Assembly (NCBI GenBank): GCA_947502815.1
Contig: CANNBH010000001.1
Location: 1,582,818 to 1,646,817 of the forward strand
DNA length: 64,000 bases
Direction of reading: 5' to 3'
Source of the DNA: an uncultured Erythrobacter sp.
GTDB lineage: Bacteria; Pseudomonadota; Alphaproteobacteria; Sphingomonadales; Sphingomonadaceae
Part shown: positions 50,363-60,796 of the stretch, in pieces
How positions within the stretch are numbered: position 1 is the first letter of the stretch
Layout: each line of letters starts with the position of its first letter
Program-made: the position numbers and the translations under genes
The notes under the pieces: generated by a model
What the model saw: the letters and a program-made list of their open reading frames with translations, nothing else
What the model was told of the DNA's origin: nothing
Database searches by the model: none

Positions 50363-53146
50363 TCACTCGGTTTCGCTTGGGCCTTCGGGAGATGTTTCAT
50401 CGCCTCCGCCGCGCCGCTCGACCATTTCCTCGACGATAGCCTCTTCGACCTCGTTTTCGGGTTCTTCGGTCTCATCGATCTTTACCGCGCTGACGATGGT
50501 TTCTTTCTTGCCCACGTCAAACAGGCGAACGCCGGCCGAATTGCGCCCGATAATCCGCAAGGATTCCAGACCCATTCGGATGAGTTTCGCCTGATCGGTG
50601 ACCAGCATCAATTGCTGACCGCGTTCCACAGGGAAGCTGGCGACAACCGGGCCGTTGCGGGCGATGTTGTCGATATTGGTGATCCCCATGCCGCCGCGGC
50701 CTGCTCGCCTGTATTCATAGGCGCTGGACACTTTGCCATAGCCATTGGCGCATACAGTGAGGATGAATTGCTCTTCCTGAGCCATTGCGGCGTGATCTTC
50801 AGAGAGCGCCGGAGCATTCTCATCCGCTTTCCAAGGAGCGACTTTGAGATAGGCGTCGCGTTCCTCTGGCGTGGCAGATCCACCAGCTAGGATGGAAAGC
50901 GACACAACTTCGTCGCCGGCTTCTTTGAATTTCATTCCGCGCACACCGGTGGAAGTGCGGGAGGTGAACTCGCGCACATCTTCGCCTGCGAAACGGATCG
51001 CCTTACCCAGGCGGCTTGCCAGCAGGACATCATCGCCCAATGAAAGCAGCGCAACTCCGATCAGCTTGTCTTCGCTGGCCTCATCAAACTTCATCGCAAA
51101 CTTGCCGTTTGACGGGATGTTGGTGAAGGCATCCATCGCGTTGCGGCGGACATTGCCCTTTGCTGTGGCGAACACCACCGACAGCGCGCCCCATTCCGAT
51201 TCGTCTTCGGGAAGCGGCAGAACGGTGCGGATGGTTTCCCCTTCGTCCAGCGACGGCAGCAGATTGACGATAGGCCGTCCGCGCGTTGTTGGGCCGCCTT
51301 CTGGCAGTTTCCAAACTTTCAGGCGGTAAACCTTGCCCGCAGTGGAGAAGAACAGCACCGGATTGTGCGTCGAAGTGACGAACATTTCGGCAATGGCATC
51401 CTCGTCCTTAGTCGACATGCCGGCGCGCCCTTTTCCGCCGCGGTTTTGCGCGCGGAATGTGGAAAGCGGGGTGCGCTTAATATAGCCGTCCAACGTGACT
51501 GTGACGACCATATCGTCGCGCTCGATCAGGTCTTCGTCTTCCAGACCATCCCACGCTGGCGCGATTTCTGACATACGCGGGGTGGCATAGGTGGCGCGAA
51601 TGTCTTCGAGCTCTTCGCGCATCACCGCATAGAGTTTCACGCGGTCACCCAGAATGGCGAGGAATTCTTCGATCTTGGTGGCAAGCTCTGAAAGCTCATC
51701 GCCAATCTCATCTCGGCCCAGTGCGGTTAGGCGGTGGAGGCGCAGGTCGAGGATCGCCTTAACTTGCCGTTCGGACAGCTGATAAGTGCCGCCTTCTTGA
51801 TCCGCGCTCGGTTCGATGGCTTCGACCAGACGGATATATTGGGCGATATCGCCAATCGGCCATTCTTTCGCGAGCAACCGTTCGCGCGCAGTCGCCGGGT
51901 TGGGCGCACCGCGAATGATCGCGACCACTTCATCCAAGTTGGAGACCGCAACAACCAGACCGAGCAAAATGTGCGCCCGATCGCGCGCCTTGGCGAGTTC
52001 GAATTTGGTTCGGCGGGTGATGACCTCTTCACGGAACGAAATGAACGCCTGAATGAAGTCACGCAGCATCAACGTTTCTGGACGTCCGCCCCGGATTGCC
52101 AACATATTGGCCGGGAAAGAGGATTGCGCAGGTGTGTGACGCCAAATCTGGTTCAGAACCACTTCGGCGGTGGCATCACGCTTAAGATCGATAACCACGC
52201 GAACACCAATGCGCGAACTTTCATCGCGAATATCGGAAATGCCTTCGATCCGCTTTTCTTTGGCGGCGTCGGCAATTTTTTCAACAAGGCCCGCTTTACC
52301 CACTTGATAGGGGATCGAGGTGAAGACGATGCTTTCCCTATCGCCGCGCCGTGTCTCAATTTCATGGCGGCACCGCATCAAGATTGATCCGCGACCGGTT
52401 GTGTAAGCCGATTTGGCTCCGCTGGTGCCAAGGATCAACGGCGAGGTCGGGAAATCTGGACCGGGAATATACTCGATCAATTCCTCAGACGTGATCGCCG
52501 GGTTTTCCATATAGGCAAGACAGCCGTCGAGCACTTCGCCCAGATTGTGCGGCGGCACGTTGGTCGCCATACCAACCGCAATTCCGCCTGCGCCATTGAC
52601 CAGCAGGTTGGGGAAACGGGCGGGCAGAACCGATGGCTCTTGTTTCCGGCCATCGTAGTTTTCGACGAAATCGACCGTATCTTTATCAAGGTCATCCAGC
52701 AGCGTGTCAGCAACGCGCGCAAGCCGGGCCTCAGTATACCGCATGGATGCCGGCGGATCCGGGTCCATAGAGCCAAAATTGCCCTGACCATCAATGAGCG
52801 GCACCCGCATAGACCACGGCTGTGTGAGCCGGGCGAGGGCATCGTAAATCGCACTGTCGCCGTGTGGGTGGAAATCACCCATCACATCGCCAACGATTTT
52901 GGCGCTTTTCACAAACGGGCGGCCAGCAACAAAATTGCCGACTTTGCTCGAATACAGAATTCGCCGATGAACCGGTTTCAATCCATCACGCACATCAGGA
53001 AGAGCGCGGCTCACAATCACGCTCATCGCGTAATCGAGATAACTCGTCTTCATTTCATCGACGATGTCGATGCGTTCGTACTCCCCTCCCGGTGGGGATT
53101 GGGGTGCTGGCGGAGTTGGTTCGAGAATGTCGCTGTCGTCGCTCAC
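50363..53146 (-). CDS. gyrA: DNA gyrase subunit A
   Basis: [32 protein letters not shown] catalytic Tyr, and the GyrA-box QNRGGKG, which distinguishes it from ParC; GTG start. Confidence 0.97.
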   Translation of the reverse strand: MSDDSDILEPTPPAPQSPPGGEYERIDIVDEMKTSYLDYAMSVIVSRALPDVRDGLKPVHRRILYSSKVGNFVAGRPFVKSAKIVGDVMGDFHPHGDSAIYDALARLTQPWSMRVPLIDGQGNFGSMDPDPPASMRYTEARLARVADTLLDDLDKDTVDFVENYDGRKQEPSVLPARFPNLLVNGAGGIAVGMATNVPPHNLGEVLDGCLAYMENPAITSEELIEYIPGPDFPTSPLILGTSGAKSAYTTGRGSILMRCRHEIETRRGDRESIVFTSIPYQVGKAGLVEKIADAAKEKRIEGISDIRDESSRIGVRVVIDLKRDATAEVVLNQIWRHTPAQSSFPANMLAIRGGRPETLMLRDFIQAFISFREEVITRRTKFELAKARDRAHILLGLVVAVSNLDEVVAIIRGAPNPATARERLLAKEWPIGDIAQYIRLVEAIEPSADQEGGTYQLSERQVKAILDLRLHRLTALGRDEIGDELSELATKIEEFLAILGDRVKLYAVMREELEDIRATYATPRMSEIAPAWDGLEDEDLIERDDMVVTVTLDGYIKRTPLSTFRAQNRGGKGRAGMSTKDEDAIAEMFVTSTHNPVLFFSTAGKVYRLKVWKLPEGGPTTRGRPIVNLLPSLDEGETIRTVLPLPEDESEWGALSVVFATAKGNVRRNAMDAFTNIPSNGKFAMKFDEASEDKLIGVALLSLGDDVLLASRLGKAIRFAGEDVREFTSRTSTGVRGMKFKEAGDEVVSLSILAGGSATPEERDAYLKVAPWKADENAPALSEDHAAMAQEEQFILTVCANGYGKVSSAYEYRRAGRGGMGITNIDNIARNGPVVASFPVERGQQLMLVTDQAKLIRMGLESLRIIGRNSAGVRLFDVGKKETIVSAVKIDETEEPENEVEEAIVEEMVERRGGGDETSPEGPSETE

Positions 53147-53491
53147 AGGGGCGGCCGTTTCTGTTGTTGATATAGGTGCTTTTCGATTGCACCCAATCTA
53201 GGCGTTCGGGGGTGTAAGCGCCACTCATTGTGGGTAACAAAAGGGCTGCAAACACTTCTTTTTCCACACCTGCCGTTTTGTTCCGAGTCTGCTCGGCCGA
53301 ACGAAGGCTGCACTTTCCAAATGTTGCGCACGCGCGAAGCAATGAAACAGCCATTCAATCCTTGTTCAGCCCGGTTGGTCTAGAACGAATTGCAAATGAG
53401 GCTCTGCTGGTCCAAATGGCCGCGCAGCAAAATATTCCGTTTCCGAGATTGCTCATGCATTCGGCAACACGACACTTAGGAGGTTCACCGA

Positions 53492-54835
53492 ATGATTTCC
53501 CTTTTTACGCATAAGCGCGCTTCGTCGTTTGCTCTTGCATTCGCCTTGGCAACAGGAACCGCCGTTGTTGCAACTGCTGTCATTCCTCCTGAGGCCAGTG
53601 CCCAACGCAACCGAGACCGTGACAGCGATTCGTCTGAAGAGGATGATGGCGGCGGTTACAGCAACGAATTTCGCGAAATTTATGTCCCACTGGATGAAGC
53701 GTTGAAGGCAGAAGGTGCCAGTGTTGATGCGCAGCGTGCGCAAATTTCCGCTCTCGCTGGCGTATTGAACACCAATGACGAAAAGATCGCTGGCGGCGGT
53801 TTGATGTACAATGCCGGGATCAGCGCGTCTGACCCAGCTCTGCAATTGCAGGGTATGGAATTCATGCTGGCGAGCGGCAAGGTCCCGGTTGAACAAACGG
53901 GCCGTTACAATTTCATCGCATATCAGCTTGCCAATGGACAAAGCGATTCAACCAAGGCTCGCCAGTATCTCCAGTCGGCGATCCAATACAATTTCTCGAC
54001 AGGTTCATTCACCGTGGATGACCTGAAAATGACCATGGCAGAAAGCTATTTTGAAGCGGAAGAATTCCAACCAGGCTTTGCCTATCTGCGCCAAATCATC
54101 GCAGAGAAGAAATCTGCGGGACAGGTCGTTCCGGAGCAATGGTATCGCCGCGGCGTTGCGGTTTCGTATTTGAACGAAATTTCCCCAGATGTTTATGATT
54201 TCGCCACAATGTGGGTGGGGGCATACCCTTCATCCGACAATTGGCGTGAAGCGATCAATGTGACGCGTAATCTCAACACCTATGAGCGCACAGAAATGCT
54301 CGACCTGTTTCGTTTGAGCCGCCGTGTCGGCGCTCTGCAGGAAGAAGCAGATTACGACTACTTTGTTGAAGCCGCCGATGCGCGCCAACTGCCTCGTGAA
54401 GTAACGGACATCATCAACGAAGGCCGTGCAACCGGTGTGATCAGTGCTGACAATCTGTACATCACCGAAGCTCTTGAGATCGCTAATGGCCGGCTCGCCA
54501 GCGACCGCGCTGACCTGCCTGCGTTGGAGCGGGATGCGATGGCGAGTTCAGCGGGCATTCGCACCGTTGCTGCGGCAGGCTCGGTGTTCCTGAGCTACGG
54601 TGAATATGGCAAAGCAGCGACCTTCTACCAACGCGCTTTGGGTATGCCCGGAGTTGACACACCTTTGGCGTTGACCCGTTTGGGCATCGCGCAAGTTGGA
54701 ATGGGTGATTATGCCGCTGCGCGCCAAACATTTGGCCAAATCACGGGCAACCGTGTGACCATCGCCAAACTTTGGACTGCCTATGCGAATGAGCTGGAAG
54801 CGGCATCCGCACCTGCGGCACCTGCAACGATGTAA
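53492..54835 (+). CDS. Exported TPR-like helical-repeat protein
   Basis: Signal peptide (...PPEASA/QRN) and repeated helical TPR-like units (YGEYGKAATFYQRAL, MGDYAAARQTF). Confidence 0.65.
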   Translation: MISLFTHKRASSFALAFALATGTAVVATAVIPPEASAQRNRDRDSDSSEEDDGGGYSNEFREIYVPLDEALKAEGASVDAQRAQISALAGVLNTNDEKIAGGGLMYNAGISASDPALQLQGMEFMLASGKVPVEQTGRYNFIAYQLANGQSDSTKARQYLQSAIQYNFSTGSFTVDDLKMTMAESYFEAEEFQPGFAYLRQIIAEKKSAGQVVPEQWYRRGVAVSYLNEISPDVYDFATMWVGAYPSSDNWREAINVTRNLNTYERTEMLDLFRLSRRVGALQEEADYDYFVEAADARQLPREVTDIINEGRATGVISADNLYITEALEIANGRLASDRADLPALERDAMASSAGIRTVAAAGSVFLSYGEYGKAATFYQRALGMPGVDTPLALTRLGIAQVGMGDYAAARQTFGQITGNRVTIAKLWTAYANELEAASAPAAPATM

Positions 54836-54886
54836 AATGGCAGTTTTGCCGGCCGCTCAGTTGAGCGGCCGCAATTGATCAGAATT

Positions 54887-54924
54887 GAAAGGGGCATTGG
54901 GAGGCAATCCCGGTGCCCCTTTTC
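54887..54924. terminator. Terminator-like hairpin between convergent genes
   Basis: gaaaggggcat...gtgccccttttc stem; a second perfect palindrome ggccgctca-gt-tgagcggcc at 54851-54870. Confidence 0.65.
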
Positions 54925-54934
54925 ATTGCGCAGA

Positions 54935-55576
54935 TCAATCTTCTGGCAGGAACTCGCCGGTTTCCTCATCGAGAGAATAGAGCACGCCTTCGCTAATTGA
55001 GAAATGCGCGCCGCGCAGTTTCAGCTGACCTGTGCGCTCTTTTTCCTCAACCCATGGGAAAGTGCGCAGGTTGGTTAGGCTAAGGTGGATCGCGGCAAAT
55101 TCCATCGCCAATTCAGCCTTGCGGCCGCTGGTGCCGTGTTTGCGGGCCACAGGTTCGCGCGCTTCGGAAAGCAAGTTGATCCAATTGGCGACAAAACCGC
55201 CTTCACCCAGTGGCTTTGAATCGAAACTTTGGGTCAAAGCCGCCGCGCAGCCGCCGCACCGGCCATGGCCCATGACCACGACCTGTTTCACTTTGAGCAT
55301 TTGAACCGCAAATTCCACCGCCGCCGATACTCCGTGCAAGCCGGGAGAGGTTTCAAATGGAGGGACAAGCGCGGCCACATTGCGCACAACGAATATTTCG
55401 CCCGGATCAACATCAAAGATTTGCGCAGGATCCACGCGGCTGTCGCTGCAACCGATCACCAGCAATTTGGGGTGCTGTCCCTCAACAACGGTTTGGTTGA
55501 ACCGTTCCTGTTGGCGCGGATACACCCCTTTGCGGAAACGGCGATAGCCTTCCAGCAGTTCGGCATATTCTGGCAT
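54935..55576 (-). CDS. Beta-class carbonic anhydrase
   Basis: Zn ligands in IGCSDSRV and MGHGRCGG; FVVRNVAALVPP. Confidence 0.95.
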   Translation of the reverse strand: MPEYAELLEGYRRFRKGVYPRQQERFNQTVVEGQHPKLLVIGCSDSRVDPAQIFDVDPGEIFVVRNVAALVPPFETSPGLHGVSAAVEFAVQMLKVKQVVVMGHGRCGGCAAALTQSFDSKPLGEGGFVANWINLLSEAREPVARKHGTSGRKAELAMEFAAIHLSLTNLRTFPWVEEKERTGQLKLRGAHFSISEGVLYSLDEETGEFLPED

Positions 55577-55631
55577 CTCACTCCCTTTCCGTGCCCAATC
55601 GGGCTTTCACTGCGCCGGGGAGCGATAGCAG

Positions 55632-55940
55632 TTAGAATCGCTCTCCTCGGATCACTTGCACATCCCACATGCTCAAGATGAATCCCAAATTCGTAAGCAT
55701 AGGGGCAAGCGCTTCGGCAAGCGCCAATGCCTTATCTTCCGCAGCTATTGTCAAAACAAAGGCTTTATCGGTTCCTGTGACGCTTTCTTCGCGCCATACA
55801 CCCTCGCGGCCTTTGCCGCTGGTGACAGGGACAATCGTCCAACCGGTGATGCCCGCTTTATCAATCGCGTCGGTTACATGCTTAGTCAGCGCCTTATCAG
55901 CGAGAATCTCAATCCTTTTGCGGGTCACGGTTTCGATCAT
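55632..55940 (-). CDS. PII-like protein (SbtB-like)
   Basis: 102 aa with KRIEIL, GITGWT...SGKG and a C-terminal VIRGERF; ATGA overlap with the SbtA-like gene. Confidence 0.8.
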   Translation of the reverse strand: MIETVTRKRIEILADKALTKHVTDAIDKAGITGWTIVPVTSGKGREGVWREESVTGTDKAFVLTIAAEDKALALAEALAPMLTNLGFILSMWDVQVIRGERF

Positions 55941-56923
55941 GGCATCACTCCAACATACTCGGCGAGATAGGCGGAAAACGCGCTTATCAGGCCGATATTG
56001 ATGAGAACATTGAACGGGAAGGTAATACTAAGGGACATTGTCAGATAAATGCCTGGGTCGGCCTCCGGCAGGGCAAGGCGCATGGCCGCGGGCACGGCGA
56101 TGTAACTGGCGCTGGCGCACAGCACGCCCAAAACCGCGGCCGATCCCGCATCAAGCCCGATGAGAATGCCCAAAGCTGTTCCGGCCGCTCCGTTCACAAT
56201 CGGCAAGAAAATGGCAATCGCCACCAAGCGCATGGTTATCGCGCGCGAATCCATCATTCTGCGCGCTGCGATCAAACCCATGTCGAGCAGGAACAGGCAC
56301 AAAACGCCCTTAAACCCAGTCTCGAAAAAGGGGCTTACTGGATCAAAACCTGCCGGTCCGCCGATCATGCCAATGGCAAACGCTCCCAACAGCAGCACGA
56401 TAGAGGAATTTGTGAAAACCTCATGCAGCATCTCTCCGGTGGATTGGGTTCCGCCTGCGCTGCCCATGCCGCGAGCCAGCATCAGACCGCTTAAGATAGC
56501 GGGCGCCTCCATCGCAGCCATAACGGCCACCATATACCCACCCGGTTCGCGCGATTGACCGGTTAAAATCTCCACCGCGGTAACAAAAGTCACCACGCTG
56601 ATCGAACCATAATGGGCGGCAACCGCGCCGGAGTTGATCCGGTCCAATTTGCCAAAAGTTTTGAGCACACCATAGGCAAAGAAAGGCAGGATAAAGCCCG
56701 CCGCGATCCCTGCGCCCAGCGCCGAAATCACGGTTGCATCAATCCCTGATTTGGAAACGGCGACGCCGCCTTTGATCCCGATTGCCGCCATAAGATACAG
56801 CGACATTGCCTTTGCAATCGGTTCTGGGATGCTGAGATCCGACCGGACAAAGGCCGCGATCAACCCTAGGACAAAAAACAGCACAACCGGGGATGAGAAC
56901 GTCTGAATTGCCGTGTCGAACAT
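55937..56923 (-). CDS. sbtA: Sodium-dependent bicarbonate transporter family permease (SbtA-like)
   Basis: [52 protein letters not shown] motifs. Confidence 0.88.
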   Translation of the reverse strand: MFDTAIQTFSSPVVLFFVLGLIAAFVRSDLSIPEPIAKAMSLYLMAAIGIKGGVAVSKSGIDATVISALGAGIAAGFILPFFAYGVLKTFGKLDRINSGAVAAHYGSISVVTFVTAVEILTGQSREPGGYMVAVMAAMEAPAILSGLMLARGMGSAGGTQSTGEMLHEVFTNSSIVLLLGAFAIGMIGGPAGFDPVSPFFETGFKGVLCLFLLDMGLIAARRMMDSRAITMRLVAIAIFLPIVNGAAGTALGILIGLDAGSAAVLGVLCASASYIAVPAAMRLALPEADPGIYLTMSLSITFPFNVLINIGLISAFSAYLAEYVGVMP

Positions 56924-57053
56924 CGTTTATCCCGAAATCAGATTTGAGTTGCAATCAAAGCAACACTGCGTGCAGCCTTTATGTTCCCGGCCAAGGCAAT
57001 TGTCAGTCGCTTACGCTTGCGGCGGACGCAGGGGAAGCCTAGATGGATTTTCT

Positions 57054-58010
57054 ATGAACGATCTCACCAATGCTCCAAAGGCGGCACCAGAGGAAAACCG
57101 CCCCCCGCGTCAGCGCAAGCCCGATTGGATTCGTGTCCGCGCGCCTGTGAGCAAGGGATACAACGACACCCGCAAGTTGATGCGCGAGCTCAACCTCAAC
57201 ACTGTTTGTGAAGAAGCGGCGTGCCCAAATATTGGTGAATGTTGGGACAAAAAACACGCCACAGTCATGATTCTGGGTGATGTGTGCACGCGCGCCTGTG
57301 CGTTTTGCAATGTGAAGACGGGGATGCCCAAAGCGGTTGACCCAATGGAGCCTGAAAACACCGCGGTTGCGGCGGCGAAAATGGGTCTCAATCACATTGT
57401 GATCACCAGCGTGGACCGCGATGATCTGCCCGATGGCGGCGCGTCGCAATTTGTGAAAGTGATTAAGGCGCTGCGCCGCAACACGCCCGACACAACGATT
57501 GAAATTCTCACCCCTGATTTCCGCGGCAAAATGCGCCCAGCGATTGAGGCAATCTGTGAAGCTGGACCGGACGTGTTCAACCACAATTTGGAAACCGTAC
57601 CCCGGCTTTACCCCACAATCCGGCCCGGTGCGCGCTATTATGCCTCGCTGCGGTTGCTCGAAGAGGTGAAGGCGCACAATCCGCTGATCTTCACGAAGTC
57701 AGGGATCATGCTGGGGCTGGGTGAACAGCGTCTCGAAGTGCATCAGGTGATGGATGACATGCGCTGCGCTGAGGTCGATTTTATGACGATGGGCCAATAT
57801 CTTCAGCCCACTCCGAAACACGCAAAGGTCGAGGAGTTCGTGCCGCCCAAGGGTTTCGACGCTTATGGCTCGATCGCCCGGGCAAAGGGCTTCTTGCAAG
57901 TCGCCTCCAGCCCGCTCACCCGGTCAAGTTACCACGCTGGCGATGATTTTGCGGTGATGAAAGCAGCGCGCGAGGAAAAGCTTCGCAAGCGTGACCGCAT
58001 CCAAGCATAA
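57054..58010 (+). CDS. lipA: Lipoyl synthase
   Basis: [26 protein letters not shown] and RSSY motifs; ATG at 57054. Confidence 0.97.
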   Translation: MNDLTNAPKAAPEENRPPRQRKPDWIRVRAPVSKGYNDTRKLMRELNLNTVCEEAACPNIGECWDKKHATVMILGDVCTRACAFCNVKTGMPKAVDPMEPENTAVAAAKMGLNHIVITSVDRDDLPDGGASQFVKVIKALRRNTPDTTIEILTPDFRGKMRPAIEAICEAGPDVFNHNLETVPRLYPTIRPGARYYASLRLLEEVKAHNPLIFTKSGIMLGLGEQRLEVHQVMDDMRCAEVDFMTMGQYLQPTPKHAKVEEFVPPKGFDAYGSIARAKGFLQVASSPLTRSSYHAGDDFAVMKAAREEKLRKRDRIQA

Positions 58011-58471
58011 TGCCCGGCATCCGCGAGACCCGCAGGCTGCCCTATAGCGCCGAACAGATGTTCGACTTGGTCGCGGATGTTAAGCGGTATAACCAATTTC
58101 TGCCTTGGGTTGTCGCTACGCGGGTGCGGTCAAACAGCGACACCGAAATGGTCGCTGACATGGTCGTCGGATTTAAGTCTTTGCGCGAAAGCTTTACGTC
58201 ACGGGTGACAAAAGACCGGGCGCGGGAAATTGCGGTGCATTACATCGATGGGCCGCTGTCGGACCTCGACAATGTTTGGACTTTTAGGCCGCTTGACGAC
58301 AGCAGTTGCGAGATCGATTTTGCGGTCGATTTCCAGTTTAAGAACCGCGTTTTTCAATCGCTTGCGGGGCAATATTTCGACCGGGCCTTTCGCAAAATGG
58401 TTGAGGCGTTTGAGCGCCGTGCCGATGAACTTTACGGCAGCAACAATTCCAGCGCGCAAAGCGTGGCCTGA
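58010..58471 (+). CDS. START-domain Coq10/RatA(PasT)-family protein
   Basis: [31 protein letters not shown] and FERRA motifs; coupled to lipA. Confidence 0.88.
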   Translation: MPGIRETRRLPYSAEQMFDLVADVKRYNQFLPWVVATRVRSNSDTEMVADMVVGFKSLRESFTSRVTKDRAREIAVHYIDGPLSDLDNVWTFRPLDDSSCEIDFAVDFQFKNRVFQSLAGQYFDRAFRKMVEAFERRADELYGSNNSSAQSVA

Positions 58472-58944
58472 CGCCGGATTGATGCACGGCCATCTGGCCC
58501 ATCACCCCCATCAAACACTTTCAATTCGCCTTCTGGTTCCCCATCGGAATTGCGCGTGACACGGGCAAATACCACGGTTCCAACAGGCTTTAATTGGGTG
58601 CCGCCCCCGGGCCCAGCAACGCCGCTTACCGCGACGGCGACATCCGCATTTGAACGGTCCAACGCGCCCTGCGCCATGGCCCAGACACAGGCAATCGACA
58701 CTGCACCAAAGGTTTCGATTATATCCTGCGCCACGCCCAGCGCCTCCATCTTTGCCTCGTTGGAATAGGTCACAAACCCGCGATCGAGCACGGATGATGA
58801 TCCTGCAATTTCGGTGATCGCACCGGCCACCAATCCGCCTGTGCAGCTTTCTGCGGTGACGACTTTTCGATCAACAGCAGCGTTTTCGGCCACAACGCGG
58901 GCGGCCAATTCGGTGATGTCACTGGGGAGCAAGAAATTGCTCAC
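58432..58944 (-). CDS. cinA: CinA C-terminal domain / NMN amidohydrolase (PncC-like)
   Basis: [22 protein letters not shown] and SGVAGPGGG motifs. Confidence 0.92.
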   Translation of the reverse strand: MSNFLLPSDITELAARVVAENAAVDRKVVTAESCTGGLVAGAITEIAGSSSVLDRGFVTYSNEAKMEALGVAQDIIETFGAVSIACVWAMAQGALDRSNADVAVAVSGVAGPGGGTQLKPVGTVVFARVTRNSDGEPEGELKVFDGGDGPDGRASIRRQATLCALELLLP

Positions 58945-59477
58945 TGCGCGTCATTTCCGTCTGCGGCTTCTGGCTCGGCATCTGCGCGCATCCCCATTTC
59001 AAACAAAAATCCAGCCAACGCTGCAACATTATCGGCCGGCATCGGGTCCAGAATTTCCAGGGCGCGTTCCACGGTGCCGCATTCCTCCACCTTCATCTCT
59101 TGCGCAACGATCCCTTGGATCATGCCATCAACGAAGGGGCGTAAACTTTCATCATCCAACATATCAAAGATTGCCGTCATTTCGCCGGCTTCCTCACGGG
59201 CGATATTCATCATCAAAACCTTTGCCGCAGGCCAAGATTCGCCTGCGCCGTCAGAGAATTTTGCGGATAAATTGTCGGTATTGGATGCGACATAACCCGA
59301 TGGATCAAGTTCAGCCGAGCAGCGTGTAACATACCCATCAAATGCTAAGGGCAGGGCATAGCGCGCGGCGGCCTGTACGGCTTCCGGATCGAGCTCACGG
59401 TCCTGAGCGGCAGCCGGTGTCACAGCGGACAGCAAAGCCAGAGGGGCCGCGAGCGCAGCAAATGGGATGCGTTTCAT
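58941..59477 (-). CDS. Hypothetical exported protein
   Basis: Signal peptide (MKRIPF...TPAAA/Q), two Cys residues, acidic composition; stop overlaps the cinA start. Confidence 0.7.
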   Translation of the reverse strand: MKRIPFAALAAPLALLSAVTPAAAQDRELDPEAVQAAARYALPLAFDGYVTRCSAELDPSGYVASNTDNLSAKFSDGAGESWPAAKVLMMNIAREEAGEMTAIFDMLDDESLRPFVDGMIQGIVAQEMKVEECGTVERALEILDPMPADNVAALAGFLFEMGMRADAEPEAADGNDAQ

Positions 59478-59520
59478 GTTGAATGCTCCTTTAGACGAAA
59501 AAATGATTCGACCAGCGATG

Positions 59521-60720
59521 TCATGCGGCCGCGTGTAATCCGACTATCGCCTGCGCTGCTATACCTTCGCCGCGTCCGGTAAAGCCGAGCCTTTCAGTGG
59601 TGGTTGCCTTAATACTAACGGCATCGTCGGCAAGGCCGGTCATTTTGGCGACTTCGGCGCGCATGGCGGGACGGTGGGGACCAATCTTGGGCGCTTCGCA
59701 GATGATGGTGAGGTCGATATTGCCGATCGCATAGCCGGCCTGATGCGCCAATTTCACCGCGTGTTCTAGGAACTGCGCAGACCGCGCGCCTGCCCATTGC
59801 GGATCGCTGGGCGGAAAGTGGGTGCCGATATCGCCATCCCCTATCGCTCCCAAAACAGCATCGGTGATCGCATGGAGCGCAACATCGGCATCGGAATGCC
59901 CAGCAAGCCCCTTGTCATAGTCAAGCTTCACCCCGCACAGCCACAATTCCTCGCCCGCGACCAAACGGTGCACGTCGTACCCCTGACCCACGCGAAAGGG
60001 TGTGCGTGATGGTGTGTTCATCAAATCCTCCGCAAAGGTGATCTTTTTCAGTCGTTCATGACCCTGCACCAGCGCAACTGAACGGGTGCTGGCCACTGCG
60101 CCGTTAGAGACTGCCTGCGGCCCGGCCCCTTCGGTTAGAACTTGGGCATCGTCTCCGGCGTTGGTTGGTCCGGTCCAAGCGCGATGCGCAGCCAGAATAT
60201 CGGCAAATCGGAACGCTTGCGGGGTTTGCACGCGGCGCAAGGATTCCCGATCGGCTTTTCCTGCCATCACATCGTCAGCCCCGGCGACCGCGATGCTGTC
60301 TACTACGGGTAAGGTGGGTATAGCGCCGCAATGATTCTGCAGAGCAGCCAGTAACCGGTCTATCACAGCAGAGGGTAGATCAGGCCGGGCCGCATCGTGG
60401 ATCAGGACGTGATCCGGTGCCGTATTCGCCATCGCCTCCAATCCTGCGCGGACCGAATCTTGACGGGTTTCGCCCCCATTAACCAAGGAATAGCCATCTA
60501 TCCCATTCAGAGCCGAGCTTGCATCATCTTCAGCGCCCGGGGAGATGACGACAATCACCGGCTCTGCGCCCGCTGCAATCAGCGTCTCGACTGAGTGGGA
60601 AAGAAGCGAGCGACCGCGCCATTGCCGGAATTGCTTTGCCACATCCCCGCCAACGCGCAGGCCCTTGCCAGCGGCAACGACGATCGCAGCAAACGGGGGA
60701 AGGGGGCGGTGACCGTCCAT
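59521..60720 (-). CDS. ispDF: Bifunctional IspD/IspF
   Basis: VAAGKGLR, GGETRQDSV, IHDAARP, QTPQ.F (IspD); GQGYDVHRL, GHSDADVALHAITDA, KATTTE (IspF). Confidence 0.96.
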   Translation of the reverse strand: MDGHRPLPPFAAIVVAAGKGLRVGGDVAKQFRQWRGRSLLSHSVETLIAAGAEPVIVVISPGAEDDASSALNGIDGYSLVNGGETRQDSVRAGLEAMANTAPDHVLIHDAARPDLPSAVIDRLLAALQNHCGAIPTLPVVDSIAVAGADDVMAGKADRESLRRVQTPQAFRFADILAAHRAWTGPTNAGDDAQVLTEGAGPQAVSNGAVASTRSVALVQGHERLKKITFAEDLMNTPSRTPFRVGQGYDVHRLVAGEELWLCGVKLDYDKGLAGHSDADVALHAITDAVLGAIGDGDIGTHFPPSDPQWAGARSAQFLEHAVKLAHQAGYAIGNIDLTIICEAPKIGPHRPAMRAEVAKMTGLADDAVSIKATTTERLGFTGRGEGIAAQAIVGLHAAA

Positions 60721-60771
60721 AACTAGGTGCGCTTAAGGTCTGGACGGGCTTTTCGCAATCCACTATGCGCC

Positions 60772-60788
60772 TGCCCAATATTTAGGCA
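60772..60788. promoter_or_regulatory. Palindromic candidate NtrC operator TGCC-N9-GGCA
   Basis: tgcccaatatttaggca, a near-perfect palindrome with an AT-rich core, 8 nt before the dusB ATG. Confidence 0.45.
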
Positions 60789-60796
60789 ATTCTCTC

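Noticed and set aside
58010-58471. RatA as the toxin of a toxin-antitoxin pair
   Set aside because: No ratB/yfjF partner is adjacent. The lipA-coupled context fits the Coq10 ubiquinone-binding role.
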